A DNA stretch of 64,000 nucleotides from an uncultured Bacillota bacterium (GCA_963804645.1 CAWDRG010000004.1:96001-160000), one strand, 5' to 3'. Positions 31,229 to 41,422 are shown, counted from the stretch's first letter. Translations and numbers: made by a program. Notes: generated by a model not told the origin, from the sequence alone.

Positions 31229-32113
31229 ACGCGGATCGATCTGCATACGCACAGCACGGCGTCCGACGGCGTGCTGACCCCCGCACGCCTCCTGCAGGAG
31301 GCGCAGGCGCGGGGGGTCCAGGTGCTCGCGCTGACGGACCACGATACCACGGACGGGCTCGCGGAGGCCGCCGCCGCGGGCCGAGCGCGGGGGATCGACG
31401 TAATCCCCGGCGTCGAGATCAACACGGACGTGGGTCCGCACGAGGTGCACATCCTCGGCTACTTCGTCGATCACACCCGCGCCGCGTTTCAAGAGTTTCT
31501 CGGGAGGATGCGGGACGGCCGGATCGCCCGCGCGGAGGAGATGGTGCGCCGGCTCGCCGCGCTCGGCGCGCCCGTGTCGTGGGAGCGCGTCCAGGTCATC
31601 GCGGCGGGGGCCGCGGTCGGTCGACCGCACGTCGCGAGGGCGCTGCTCGAGGCCGGATGGGTCGGCACGAATCAGGAGGCGTTCGCGCGGTACCTCGGGC
31701 GGTCGGGCCCCGCGTACGTCGCACGGCTGAAGCTGACGCCGGAAGGCGCCGTCGAAGAGATTCGCCGGGCCGGCGGCGTGCCGGTCCTGGCGCACCCGGG
31801 CTGGCCGCAGAGCGGCCCAATCATCGAGCGGGTGCCGCAGCTGGTCGCGCACGGGCTGGCCGGAATCGAGGCCTACTATCCGGATCATACCGCCGAGATG
31901 ACTGCGGCCTACCTCGATGTGGCCCGCCGGTATGGGCTTGTGGTGACCGGCGGGACCGATTACCATGGTGGGGGGATCGCGACACGGGTGCCGCTCGGGA
32001 GCGTGGCGCTGCCCCCGGAGGTGGTGCCCGAGTTGCGGGCACGGTGGGCACGGCTGGGGGACGGGGAGGGCGCGCCGAACGCGGCGCCGCCCGGGACGCC
32101 CCCGCGACACTGA
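31229..32113 (+). CDS. PHP-domain phosphoesterase (TrpH/YciV-like)
   Basis: RIDLHTHSTASDG, LTDHD, GVEI, HILGY, GRPH, LAHP, GGTDYHG; apparent ACG start after SD AGGAG. Confidence 0.9.
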   Translation, partial: TRIDLHTHSTASDGVLTPARLLQEAQARGVQVLALTDHDTTDGLAEAAAAGRARGIDVIPGVEINTDVGPHEVHILGYFVDHTRAAFQEFLGRMRDGRIARAEEMVRRLAALGAPVSWERVQVIAAGAAVGRPHVARALLEAGWVGTNQEAFARYLGRSGPAYVARLKLTPEGAVEEIRRAGGVPVLAHPGWPQSGPIIERVPQLVAHGLAGIEAYYPDHTAEMTAAYLDVARRYGLVVTGGTDYHGGGIATRVPLGSVALPPEVVPELRARWARLGDGEGAPNAAPPGTPPRH

Positions 32114-32135
32114 TCCAGGAACGCGGAGGGGAAGG

Positions 32136-32363
32136 ATGCGCTGTCCGAAGTGTGGCACCGAGAACGCCGAAGGCAAGATCCTGTGCCGTACCTGCGGGAC
32201 GCGGCTCCGGCCGCCGTTGAGTGCAAAGGACCGTGCACTCCTGCCGACACGGGAGACCGAGCCGGAGCTGAGACAGCGGGTGACCTACGATCTCATGCGG
32301 GATGTGTGGGTCATCGCCGTGGTGATCGCGGCCGGGCTGGGCCTCGGCGTGCTGCTGAAGTAG
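32136..32363 (+). CDS. small zinc-ribbon membrane protein
   Basis: CPKCG..N....CRTCG plus C-terminal TM helix; SD GGAGG. Confidence 0.75.
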   Translation: MRCPKCGTENAEGKILCRTCGTRLRPPLSAKDRALLPTRETEPELRQRVTYDLMRDVWVIAVVIAAGLGLGVLLK

Positions 32364-32369
32364 CCCCCG

Positions 32370-33797
32370 ATGCGCGGGGACACCGATCGACCCTCGTTTC
32401 GCCGGCTCCCGTCCGTTGAGCGGCTGCTGCAGCGCCTCGCGGCGTCGGGGACGGCCGACCGCCATCCACGACAACTGGTCGTCGCGTGCGTGCGCGAGGT
32501 GGTGGAGCGCGCCCGCCGGCGCCTTCGTGAGGGCCGGACGACGCTCGAGGCCCTGAGCCTCGAGGCGCTCGCGGCCGACGCGCAGGCGCTCCTCGTCGAG
32601 TGGTCGGCGCCGAGCCTGGACCGGGCCGTCAATGCCACCGGCATCATCATCCATACGAACCTCGGCCGGGCGCCGCTGTCGGATGCGGCGCGCGCCGCGC
32701 TCGACGCCGCGTCGGGATACACGCCGCTCGAGGTGGACCGTGCGACCGGCGACCGCGGCTCCCGTCAGGCGCACGTCGGGGAGCTGCTGCGCCAGCTGAC
32801 CGGGGCGGACGCCGCGCTCGTCGTGAACAACAACGCCGGCGCGGTCCTGCTGGCGCTGGCCGCGCTCGCGCGCGGCCGCCAGACGATCATCTCCCGGGGC
32901 GAGCTGGTGGAGATCGGCGGCAGCTTTCGGATGCCGGATGTGATGGCCGCGAGCGGCTGCCAGCTCGTCGAGGTCGGGACGACGAACAAGACGTACCTCG
33001 CCGACTATGAAGCCGCCCTGACCCCGGAGACCGCGCTGCTCGTCAAGGTGCACCGCAGCAACTTCTCGATGCGGGGCTTCGTGCACGACGTGTCGCCGCG
33101 CGAGCTCGCCGTCCTCGGGCAGCGGGCCGGCGTGCCGGTGCTGTTTGACATGGGCAGCGGCGCGTTCGTCGACCTCACCGCGTGCGGTCTTCCTCCCGAG
33201 CCCACGGTGCAGGCGGCCGTGGCGTCCGGCGTGGATCTCGTGACCGCGAGCGGCGATAAGCTGCTCGGCGGGCCTCAGGCGGGCCTGCTCCTCGGGCGGG
33301 CCGAGGCGATCGCCCGGATCGCGGCGCACCCGCTCGCCCGCGCGCTGCGGATCGACAAGCTCGATCTCGCCGCGCTCGAGGCTACCCTTCGCGCCTACCG
33401 GGATCCCGCGCGCGCCTGGGCGGAGATCCCGGTGCTCGAAATGCTCGCGCGCCCGGTCGACGGGCTCGAGCGGGCCGCCGCTGAACTGCTCCCGCGCCTC
33501 GCCGAGGCGGTCGGCGACGCCGCCGATCTGGCGCTGTGCCGGACGGTGACCGAGGCGGGCGGCGGGGCCCTTCCCGGGGTCGAGCTGCCGTCGTGGGCCG
33601 TCTCGGTGGCGCCGCGTCGCGGCGGGGTCGAGGCATGGGAGCGTGCACTTCGCCGGCACCGGCCTCCGGTGTTCGGGCGGATCGCAGACGGCCACCTGCT
33701 CCTCGACTGCCGGACGCTGCGTCCCGAGGACCGCGAGCCGCTCGTCACCGCGCTCGCCGCGGCCGCGCGGGCCACCGACACGGCCGAGCGCGCGTAG
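32370..33797 (+). CDS. selA: L-seryl-tRNA(Sec) selenium transferase
   Basis: [42 protein letters not shown]. Confidence 0.97.
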   Translation: MRGDTDRPSFRRLPSVERLLQRLAASGTADRHPRQLVVACVREVVERARRRLREGRTTLEALSLEALAADAQALLVEWSAPSLDRAVNATGIIIHTNLGRAPLSDAARAALDAASGYTPLEVDRATGDRGSRQAHVGELLRQLTGADAALVVNNNAGAVLLALAALARGRQTIISRGELVEIGGSFRMPDVMAASGCQLVEVGTTNKTYLADYEAALTPETALLVKVHRSNFSMRGFVHDVSPRELAVLGQRAGVPVLFDMGSGAFVDLTACGLPPEPTVQAAVASGVDLVTASGDKLLGGPQAGLLLGRAEAIARIAAHPLARALRIDKLDLAALEATLRAYRDPARAWAEIPVLEMLARPVDGLERAAAELLPRLAEAVGDAADLALCRTVTEAGGGALPGVELPSWAVSVAPRRGGVEAWERALRRHRPPVFGRIADGHLLLDCRTLRPEDREPLVTALAAAARATDTAERA

Positions 33798-33815
33798 CCC
33801 TCGGGGCCCGGACCG

Positions 33816-35759
33816 GTGGCGCACCTTCCGGCTCCGGCCCGACCCCGCGCCGCCCGGTACACGGTCGTCGGCACCGCCGGGCACATCGACCACGGGAAGA
33901 GCGCGCTCGTGAAGGCGCTCACGGGGACCGATCCCGACCGCCTGAAGGAAGAGCGCCGGCGGGGCATGACGATTGACCTGGGGTTCGCCCACCTGGACCT
34001 GCCAAGCGGGTTGCGCGTCGGGGTCGTCGACGTTCCGGGCCATGAGCGGCTGATCAAGACCATGCTCGCCGGCGCGGCCGGCATCGACCTCGTGCTGTTT
34101 GTCGTCGCGGCCGACGAGGGAATCATGCCGCAGACCCGCGAGCACCTCGACATTCTTCGGTTCCTCCCGGTTGACCGCGGCCTTGTCGTCCTGACCAAGA
34201 TGGACCTGGTCACGGATCCCGAGTGGCTGGCCCTCGTCCGCGAGGATGTGACCGCCCTCGTCGCCGGCTCGTTCCTCGAGCGCGCGCCCGTGATCCCCGT
34301 GTCCGCCCGCACCGGGGAGGGGATCCCGGCGCTCGTGGAGGCGCTCGACCGCGCCCTTCGCGATCTCGCCGCGCCGGACGCGGACGCCCCGGCGCGCCTG
34401 CCAGTGGATCGCAGCTTCACGATGGCGGGATTCGGGACGGTCGTGACCGGGACGCTGTGGACCGGGCGGATACACGCGGGTGACGCGCTCGTCCTGCTGC
34501 CGGAGGGGCGGGAGGTGCGGGTGCGGCAGGTCCAGAGCCACGGGGAGGTCGTCGACGAGGCGCGCGCCGGGCAACGCGCCGCGCTGAATCTCGTCGGGGT
34601 GGCCAAGGACGAGGTCGAGCGCGGCGATGTGCTCGTCGCCCCCGGGACGTACCGGTCGTCCCGTGTGCTCGATGTCCGCCTGCGGATGCTCGGATCAGCT
34701 CCGCCGCTCCGCCACCAGGATCGGATCCGGTTCTACCTCGGCGCGGCGGAGGTGATCGGCCGGATCCGTCTGCTCGACCGCGACCGGCTCGCTCCGGGGG
34801 AGGAGGCAGTCGCACAGGTGCGCCTCGAGCACGAGACCGTGGCGGCGCGCGGCGACGCGTTTGTCATCCGGCGGTACTCGCCGATGGTGACCATCGGCGG
34901 CGGCGAGGTGATCGGCGCGGACGTCCCGCTGCGGCGGCGCGGGCGCGCGACCGTCGAACTCCTGAAGTCCGACGCGGCGTCCGATCTGGACGCGCGGGTC
35001 CTGGCTGTCGTCGAGGCCTCGGGGACCGCCGGCACGACGGTGGAGGCCGTCGCGCCGCCACTCGGACTCGTGCGCGACCGCGCGGTCGAGCTGATGCGTG
35101 TCCTCGTGGAGCGCGGCCAGGTGCGGAGCGTCCGGGGCCGGGTCTTTGCGGCCAATGCCGTCGAGGGCGTCGGCCGGGCCGTGGCCGCGACACTCGCGGG
35201 GTATCACTGCGAAGTGCCGTGGCGGGTCGGCATGCCCCGCGACGAGCTCAAGCGGCGCGCGTTTCCCGCGGGCGACGACCGGCTGTACGGCGATGTGCTG
35301 GAGCGCCTGGCTGCCGCGGGGGAGGTCGTGTTGGAGGGGACGTTCGCGCGGGCACGGGAGTTTGCGCCGGTGCGGACGGCCGAGGAGACCGCGGCCGTCG
35401 AGCGTCTTGACGCGCTGTACCGGCGCGCGCGGTTCACGACGCCGAGCCGTGAGGAGGCGCTCGCCCAAGTCGGCGACCGGAGCGTGGCCGGGCGCATGCT
35501 GCAGGTCCTGCTCGACGAGGGCCGCCTAGTGGATCTGGGCAGCGATATGCTGTTCCACCGCGACGCGGTCGCGGAGGCCGAGATGCTCATCGGCCGGCAG
35601 ATCGAGGCGCACGGGCCGATCACCGTCGCGACGGCTCGGGATCTCATGGCGAGCACCCGGAAGTACGTACTCGCGGTACTCGAGCATCTGGACGCGCGGC
35701 ACGTCACACGCCGCGTCGGTGACACGCGGGTCCTGCTGCGGCAACCCGGCCCGCGGTAA
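33816..35759 (+). CDS. selB: selenocysteine-specific elongation factor
   Basis: [28 protein letters not shown]-terminal winged helix STRKY..LEHLD...TRR.GD. Confidence 0.97.
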   Translation: MAHLPAPARPRAARYTVVGTAGHIDHGKSALVKALTGTDPDRLKEERRRGMTIDLGFAHLDLPSGLRVGVVDVPGHERLIKTMLAGAAGIDLVLFVVAADEGIMPQTREHLDILRFLPVDRGLVVLTKMDLVTDPEWLALVREDVTALVAGSFLERAPVIPVSARTGEGIPALVEALDRALRDLAAPDADAPARLPVDRSFTMAGFGTVVTGTLWTGRIHAGDALVLLPEGREVRVRQVQSHGEVVDEARAGQRAALNLVGVAKDEVERGDVLVAPGTYRSSRVLDVRLRMLGSAPPLRHQDRIRFYLGAAEVIGRIRLLDRDRLAPGEEAVAQVRLEHETVAARGDAFVIRRYSPMVTIGGGEVIGADVPLRRRGRATVELLKSDAASDLDARVLAVVEASGTAGTTVEAVAPPLGLVRDRAVELMRVLVERGQVRSVRGRVFAANAVEGVGRAVAATLAGYHCEVPWRVGMPRDELKRRAFPAGDDRLYGDVLERLAAAGEVVLEGTFARAREFAPVRTAEETAAVERLDALYRRARFTTPSREEALAQVGDRSVAGRMLQVLLDEGRLVDLGSDMLFHRDAVAEAEMLIGRQIEAHGPITVATARDLMASTRKYVLAVLEHLDARHVTRRVGDTRVLLRQPGPR

Positions 35760-35858
35760 TGCGACGGCAGGCCGACCGGGATCGGGTGGCGAATGTCCGG
35801 GAACGACCTGTTGGCGGAGTGCCGCGGCGTCGATCGACTCACGAGGTAGGTGGCTCGG

Positions 35859-36419
35859 ATGGCTCAAGCGCATACGGAACGGAGCTTCGCCTCGGCCGAG
35901 ACGCGGTCGGAGCGATGGAGCCGGCTCGTCGCGGAGACGCTGCTGCACCACCGCGTTCATATGATCGGGTACGTGCCGGATGAGGTCAGCGGGCACCTCC
36001 TGGAGCGGCTGCACGCGGATCCGACCAGCACCGTCGTGTGTTATACGCGCGAGGAAGAAGCGGTCGCCGCCGTGGCCGGGGCGTTTCTCGGCGGGAAGCG
36101 CGGCGCGGTCGTGCTGCAGACGAGCGGGCTCGGCAACTCGCTGAACGTGCTTGGGTCGTTCGTCGTCCCGTATCAGATTCCGATGCTGCTCATCGTGAGC
36201 GAGCGCGGCGGGCTGGGCGAGTTTAACCCGGCGCAGGTGCCGTTCGGGCACGCCGTGCCGCGGGTGCTGGACGCGCTCGGCATCCAGACGTTCGCGCTCC
36301 AGTCGGAAGAGGAGATCGCCCCGGTGCTCTCCGGCGCCGCGGAACTCGCGTTCTCGACGCGGATGCCGGTCGCCGTAGTCCTGACGATGCTGCTCACGGG
36401 AGGCAAGACACTCAAATGA
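35859..36419 (+). CDS. TPP-dependent decarboxylase alpha subunit (sulfopyruvate decarboxylase ComD-like)
   Basis: YVPD, TREEEAV, LQTSGLGN.LN, SERG..GE.NPAQ. Confidence 0.8.
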   Translation: MAQAHTERSFASAETRSERWSRLVAETLLHHRVHMIGYVPDEVSGHLLERLHADPTSTVVCYTREEEAVAAVAGAFLGGKRGAVVLQTSGLGNSLNVLGSFVVPYQIPMLLIVSERGGLGEFNPAQVPFGHAVPRVLDALGIQTFALQSEEEIAPVLSGAAELAFSTRMPVAVVLTMLLTGGKTLK

Positions 36420-36985
36420 ACCGGTTGGAGGCGATCCGGCGCATCGTGCCCCACCTTGGGAATGCCGCGGTGATTTCCAACCTGGGGCGGAATACCTACG
36501 ATCTCTATGCGGCGGCGCAGGACCGGCCGGAGAATTTCTACATGTGGGGCGCCATGGGGTCCGCCGCCTCGGTGGGGTTTGGCTTGGCGCTCGCCCAGCC
36601 CGACCGACGGGTCGTCGTGCTCGACGGCGATGGGTCGCTCTTGATGAACCTGGGGTGCCTCGCGACGATCGCGGTCAACCGGCCGTCCAACCTCGTGGTC
36701 GTGGTGTTCGACAACGGCGCCTACGAGACGACCGGAGGGCAGGCGACGCACACCGCGCACGGGGTGAATCTTGAAGCGATCGCCCGCGGCGCCGGGATTA
36801 CCGGGGCCGCGACCGTCGCAGACCTTGACGGGTTTGCCCGAGCGGTCGAGCGCGGTCTTCGCGAGTGCGGGCCGTGGGTCATCGTCGCCAAAGTGGGCCA
36901 GGCGAAGGAGTTTGTTCGGGTGCCGCGGCGGCCGATTTACGTGAAGGACCAGTTTATGCAGGCGCTCGGTACGGTCGACCTGTAG
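36416..36985 (+). CDS. TPP-dependent decarboxylase beta subunit (ComE-like)
   Basis: NFYM.G.MG, DGDGSLLMN...DN TPP motif, TGGQ; ATGA overlap with the alpha gene. Confidence 0.85.
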   Translation: MNRLEAIRRIVPHLGNAAVISNLGRNTYDLYAAAQDRPENFYMWGAMGSAASVGFGLALAQPDRRVVVLDGDGSLLMNLGCLATIAVNRPSNLVVVVFDNGAYETTGGQATHTAHGVNLEAIARGAGITGAATVADLDGFARAVERGLRECGPWVIVAKVGQAKEFVRVPRRPIYVKDQFMQALGTVDL

Positions 36986-37017
36986 CCGAGGCGCGACCGG
37001 CCGCGGCGAGGGCACGC

Positions 37018-37061
37018 GGAGGGGAATGGGTCCTGGTGGGCTTCGCGGTCTTCAAAACTGT
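37018..37061 (+). tRNA. selC: tRNA-Sec (selC), 5' half only (truncated or interrupted)
   Basis: GGAGGGGA acceptor strand, 6-bp D stem GGGTCC/GGGCTT with TGGT loop, anticodon arm GCGGT-CT-TCA-AA-ACTGT. No T arm or 3' acceptor strand follows. Confidence 0.85.
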
Positions 37062-37151
37062 CCGCCCGCAGCGCCGTGCATCACGAGATCACGCTCTGAA
37101 CCGTGTAATACAAGGCTTTGCGCGTATCTACGAACGATGGTTCGCGTTGGC

Positions 37152-37179
37152 TGCACTTGAATTGCACTCATTTTGCACT
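37152..37179 (+). repeat. three TGCACT direct repeats at 11-bp period (integrase arm-type-like sites)
   Basis: TGCACT at 37152, 37163 and 37174 in an AT-rich patch. Confidence 0.7.
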
Positions 37180-37210
37180 TGTTCGCCGCCTAGAAGAGCA
37201 GCAAGCGACT

Positions 37211-37262
37211 CCGCGTGTCCGGTGGTGGGGGGGCAGCGGGGCGACCCCGCTCCCTACTCGAT
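37211..37262 (+). ncRNA. group II intron 3'-end remnant (class C-like DV 3' half plus DVI)
   Basis: CCGCGTGTCCGGTGGTGGGGG..AGCGGGGCGACCCCGCT.CCTACTCGAT, the typical IIC terminus ending in AT. Confidence 0.6.
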
Positions 37263-37472
37263 AAGCGGAAATCCGGTCTCATCGTGTACGTCTGTCCTCG
37301 GCCTCGTGAGATGGCCCCGAACGCGCGAGACGGCCGACGCGATCGACGGGCGAAGAAGCGGAAGGAGATGACGCGGGGTGGACGGCCGCGGATGCCGCGC
37401 CCCGCGGGCGCTGGAGTGATTCGCCATTGTGTGCGGGGGTAGGGACGCGGATACACATGGGGGGTGATCGGC

Positions 37473-38477
37473 ATGGCCATTCGCGTCATGCACTACGGGC
37501 TCGGCCCCATTGGGGTTGGGGTCCTGCGGCAGGTTGCGACTCGAAAGGGCTTCAAGGTCGTGGGCGGCATCGATATCGACCCCGCCAAGGTGGGCAAGGA
37601 CCTGGGCGAGATCGCGGGGCTGGGTCGCACGCTCGGCCTCCGGGTCGTGGCTGATCCCGTCCCGGCGATCAAGAAGGCCAAGCCGGACGTCGTGATACTG
37701 TGCACCCGGAGCTCGCTCCGCGCCGTGATGCCCCAGATCGAGACGGTGCTGAAGCTGCGCGTCCCGATCGTGTCCACCACGGAAGAGCTGGCCTACCCGT
37801 ACCACACGAACCGGGCGCTGGCGAGGAAGATCGACGCACTGGCTACGAAAGCCAAGGTGGCGGTCGTGGGCACTGGCGTCAATCCGGGCTTTGTGATGGA
37901 CGCCCTGCCGATCATGCTGACCGGCGTGTGCGAGCGGGTCGATGCCATCCGGATCGACCGGATCCAGGACGCCAGCGTGCGGCGGCTCCCCTTCCAGCAG
38001 AAGATCGGGGCCGGCCTCACGGTCGCGCAGTTCGAGGAACGGGTGGCTGCGGGCACCGTCCGTCACGTCGGCCTGACGGAGTCCATCGCCATGATCGCCG
38101 ACGCGTTTGGCTGGAAGATGGGCAAGATCACCGATACGATCACGCCCAAGGTGGCCGAGGTCGAGGTGGCCAGCGACTTCCTGACCGTAGGGGCCGGTTT
38201 AGTCTGCGGCCTCCTGCAGGACGGCATCGGCTACACTAAGGACGGCACCCCCGTCATCACGCTGCACATGGAGGCCTACCTGGGCGCGCCGGAATCATAC
38301 GACCAGGTGACCATTACCGGCCATCCGAATATCACCTCGCGAGTCGAGGGCGGGTTTCACGGGGACGTGGCGACGGCATCGATCGCGGTCAACACGATCC
38401 CCAAGATTCTGACGGCGCCTCCGGGCCTGCGCACGATGCGCGACATAGCGTTGCCATCATTCTTCGGCGGGAAGTAA
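37473..38477 (+). CDS. DapB-fold NAD(P)-dependent amine dehydrogenase (2,4-diaminopentanoate dehydrogenase-like)
   Basis: YGLGPIG Rossmann, STTEEL.YP, GTGVNPGFVMD, GD.ATA. Confidence 0.8.
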   Translation: MAIRVMHYGLGPIGVGVLRQVATRKGFKVVGGIDIDPAKVGKDLGEIAGLGRTLGLRVVADPVPAIKKAKPDVVILCTRSSLRAVMPQIETVLKLRVPIVSTTEELAYPYHTNRALARKIDALATKAKVAVVGTGVNPGFVMDALPIMLTGVCERVDAIRIDRIQDASVRRLPFQQKIGAGLTVAQFEERVAAGTVRHVGLTESIAMIADAFGWKMGKITDTITPKVAEVEVASDFLTVGAGLVCGLLQDGIGYTKDGTPVITLHMEAYLGAPESYDQVTITGHPNITSRVEGGFHGDVATASIAVNTIPKILTAPPGLRTMRDIALPSFFGGK

Positions 38478-38798
38478 CGCGCGCCGGAACGGTCCGCCAA
38501 TTCAGCTCGCCCCGATGGACCGTGCGATTTCAGCAAATGAAGGGTTCTGATAGCGCGCCAGGTCCCCAGGAAGATCGAATAGTTTTAGCATGTGGGCCTC
38601 GTTAGACGAATGAGCAGGCAGTCTGTAGACCGGTCGCGCAGCGCCGCCTGGACGGGCCGGTACCAGCGGGAGCGCTCGGGACAGCCGACCAACGCGGCGA
38701 GACCTGTCGCGTCTGACGGCTCGGCGACGGGCATGGAGGGACCCCGAATAGCTCGCGGTCTCGTGACGGGCTAACGACGACGATCGTCGGGACCCTCC

Positions 38799-40421
38799 TC
38801 AGGCTGGCCCGGTAGTCCATTCCAGGCCTCCGCCACCCCGCGGGTCGGCGCCGCCGACGAGGTCTCCGTTCTTGCCGACCATCACCGCGGATACCCGCGC
38901 CGTATAGTCGCTCACCACGATCCGATGGCCCAGCCTCCCAAGCGCCCGTGCAATCCCGGACGGAAAGCTGGACTCCACCATGACCACACCGGCCTCGTGC
39001 TGTGTATGGATGCGTGGCGCGGAGATGGCGGCCTGCAGCGGCAACCCGAACTCGAGCACGCCGAGCAGCACTTGTGTGATGGCGGTCGTTTTCAGCGCGC
39101 CGGCGGGCGACCCGATGGCCATAAACGGTCGATCGTCGCGTAGCAGGATCACGGGGCCGCCGCCGTGCACGGGCACCGCGCGCGGCGCGAGAGAGGCGGG
39201 CCGGTCTGGACGTGGATCAAACATGATCATGTGATCGTTGTGGACGAACCCGAGTCCTGACGTTACCACGCCGGACCCGCTACCACTGCTGTGCACCCAC
39301 GAAACCGCGTTTCCGGTCCGGTCGATGACGGCGAGGTGCGTCGTCCCCTCGCCCGAGGCCGCGCCCGCGCCGGGTTGCGGGAAGGCACCGCTCAGCACGG
39401 CGTCCCGCACCGCTGCGATCCGGGCGGACGTCAACAGCGCCGCCGCGCCGTCCGAGGACCCGGTCCGAAGCACCGTGGCGGCTTCGGCGAATGCCCACTG
39501 CATGGTGCGCGCGACGACGTCAAAGTACGCCGGCGAGTTCCAGCCAAGCGCGCGAAGGTCGAGTTGCTCGCACACCTGCATGATCAGGAGCAGGATCACG
39601 CCGAGGCCGGGTGGTGTATCGGTGACAAGCGTGACCCCGCGATAGAGGGCCGATGTCGGACGCTCCAGTGTCGGGGCGGCCCATCGCAGATCCTCGGTCG
39701 TGAACAGGCCACCGTGGGATTCGAAGTCCCGTCCGATCTGCACACCGATGTCACCGTCGTAGAACACACGGGCCCCCTCATGCCCCACGCGCTCGAGCGT
39801 GCGTGCGAGATCGCGCTGGATCAGGCGCTCGCCGACGCGCAACAGCCGTCCGTCCGGCATGAAAATCTCGCGCGCCAACGGTTCCGCCGCGATCTTCTCG
39901 GCCGGCCGGACGCCCATCGGGTGCGGCCGGTCCGGGTCCCACGTGCGGTACAGATACGGCGTCACGAGCACCCCTTCCCGGGCCAACTCGATCGCTGGCG
40001 CCAGGAGGTCCGCCCACGGCATACTGCCGCACCGGTCGTGCACGACCTCGAGACCGCGCACCAGCGTGGGGATGACCGACGCCGCGTGTGTCCGAAGGTT
40101 CCGGTCGCCCACGACCTTGCGACCGGAGCCGACGATGCCGGGAATCGCATCGTCCCCGGCCGGCGTGTAGGCGCCCGGCACCGCCCGTGATCCCGACACC
40201 GGGGACGCCTGGACGAGCTCGACGCGTCCCGGATTGGCGAGGTACACGAGGCACTGGGCGCAGCCGCCGAGGCTCGCCATCAGCGGGTTCGCGACTGTTT
40301 GGGCGAACGCGGTCGCCACCCCCGCGTCCACAGCGTTTCCCCCGCGCGCGAGGATGCCGGCACCGACCGCCGCGGCAAGGGGCTCGGGGCAGGCTACCAT
40401 ACCGGTCCGGACCTCCGCCAT
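38799..40421 (-). CDS. gamma-glutamyltransferase-family Ntn hydrolase
   Basis: GGNAVDA, SLGG, FY.G.I, G-TTH nucleophile, DPRG; SD AAGGAGG. Confidence 0.9.
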   Translation of the reverse strand: MAEVRTGMVACPEPLAAAVGAGILARGGNAVDAGVATAFAQTVANPLMASLGGCAQCLVYLANPGRVELVQASPVSGSRAVPGAYTPAGDDAIPGIVGSGRKVVGDRNLRTHAASVIPTLVRGLEVVHDRCGSMPWADLLAPAIELAREGVLVTPYLYRTWDPDRPHPMGVRPAEKIAAEPLAREIFMPDGRLLRVGERLIQRDLARTLERVGHEGARVFYDGDIGVQIGRDFESHGGLFTTEDLRWAAPTLERPTSALYRGVTLVTDTPPGLGVILLLIMQVCEQLDLRALGWNSPAYFDVVARTMQWAFAEAATVLRTGSSDGAAALLTSARIAAVRDAVLSGAFPQPGAGAASGEGTTHLAVIDRTGNAVSWVHSSGSGSGVVTSGLGFVHNDHMIMFDPRPDRPASLAPRAVPVHGGGPVILLRDDRPFMAIGSPAGALKTTAITQVLLGVLEFGLPLQAAISAPRIHTQHEAGVVMVESSFPSGIARALGRLGHRIVVSDYTARVSAVMVGKNGDLVGGADPRGGGGLEWTTGPA

Positions 40422-40462
40422 CGATGACGCCTCCTTCAGTGTGTCCCGCGGTCGGCGCGCCG

Positions 40463-41422
40463 TCACGCCTTCGTGACTTCCAGGTACTCGGCAAACAGCT
40501 CTTCCACGGACAGCCGCCTGCCGATCAACCGTTGTGCGACCTGCTCGTCCAGAAAGGCCTCGAGCGGCCCGCGGTTCGCCTCGATGCCGTTCGGATGCCA
40601 GTCCTGGCCCATCAGCCGCGTCGCCTCTTCCACCTCCGCCAGCGTCCACGGCAGTGTGTCGGCGAGAGAGCGCCGGCTCGCCTGCCATACCTGTTTGGAC
40701 TGTTCTAGCGCCTCGTACAGGCTCGCGGCGATCCACGGATCGTACTCGAACACGTCCCGTCGCACACCCACGATGTGCTGCAAGGGATAGATCCCGGTAC
40801 GGCGGTAATAGGCCTGTTCGGCCCGGGGATAGTCCGAAAGCAGCCGCACGATCTTGCTTCCGGGGGCGTAGAATCCGGCCGGCGGGTTCGGGCACATCAG
40901 CGCGTCGAGCTCGCAGTCGAGCAACATGTCGCGCAACGCCCGTCCTGGTGGTGCGGTACGGACAGGCGGCGGCGTGGTTGGCGCGCGCTTCGGTGGCGGA
41001 CCGTCGACGCTGCCGACCCACCACTGAATACGGTCGAGCGCCACCCCAGCGTCCCGGAGAATTGCCCGCGACCAGGTGTTACCCGTGGCCTGCCAATCGT
41101 TCGTGCCGATCCGCGTTCCCTCGAGATCAGGAATGTCGCGTAGGCCGCTATCCCGGCGCACGAAAAAGCAGCGGTGGCGAAAGGCCCGGTAGGGAAATGT
41201 CGGAATGCCTACGAAACTCCGCTCGCCCGAGGCGACCCGCTGGATGTGCTTGCTGAGCGACAGCTCGCCAGCGTGCACCGTGGGGTCCGAGAGCGTACGG
41301 GTCAGGGCCTCGGGCGTGTCGCGCTCGAGCGTCAACGCGATCCGGTCGATCGCGATGTCGCCGCTGGCTAAGGGCGCCAGGTAATCGTAGTTGCGCATCG
41401 CGAGCGTTACGGAACGGCGCAT
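40463..41422 (-). CDS. 4,5-dihydroxyphthalate decarboxylase-like / periplasmic-binding-fold protein
   Basis: NYD..PL..G, ELSLS, P.FP.R.FRH, TGIYP..H, W.PNG.EANR. Confidence 0.75.
   Translation of the reverse strand: MRRSVTLAMRNYDYLAPLASGDIAIDRIALTLERDTPEALTRTLSDPTVHAGELSLSKHIQRVASGERSFVGIPTFPYRAFRHRCFFVRRDSGLRDIPDLEGTRIGTNDWQATGNTWSRAILRDAGVALDRIQWWVGSVDGPPPKRAPTTPPPVRTAPPGRALRDMLLDCELDALMCPNPPAGFYAPGSKIVRLLSDYPRAEQAYYRRTGIYPLQHIVGVRRDVFEYDPWIAASLYEALEQSKQVWQASRRSLADTLPWTLAEVEEATRLMGQDWHPNGIEANRGPLEAFLDEQVAQRLIGRRLSVEELFAEYLEVTKA

Noticed and set aside
31229..38477. Selenoprotein genes (in-frame UGA) near selAB
   Set aside because: The TGA-ending genes I checked are complete at the stop or overlap the next start, and no homologous read-through or SECIS was recognised.
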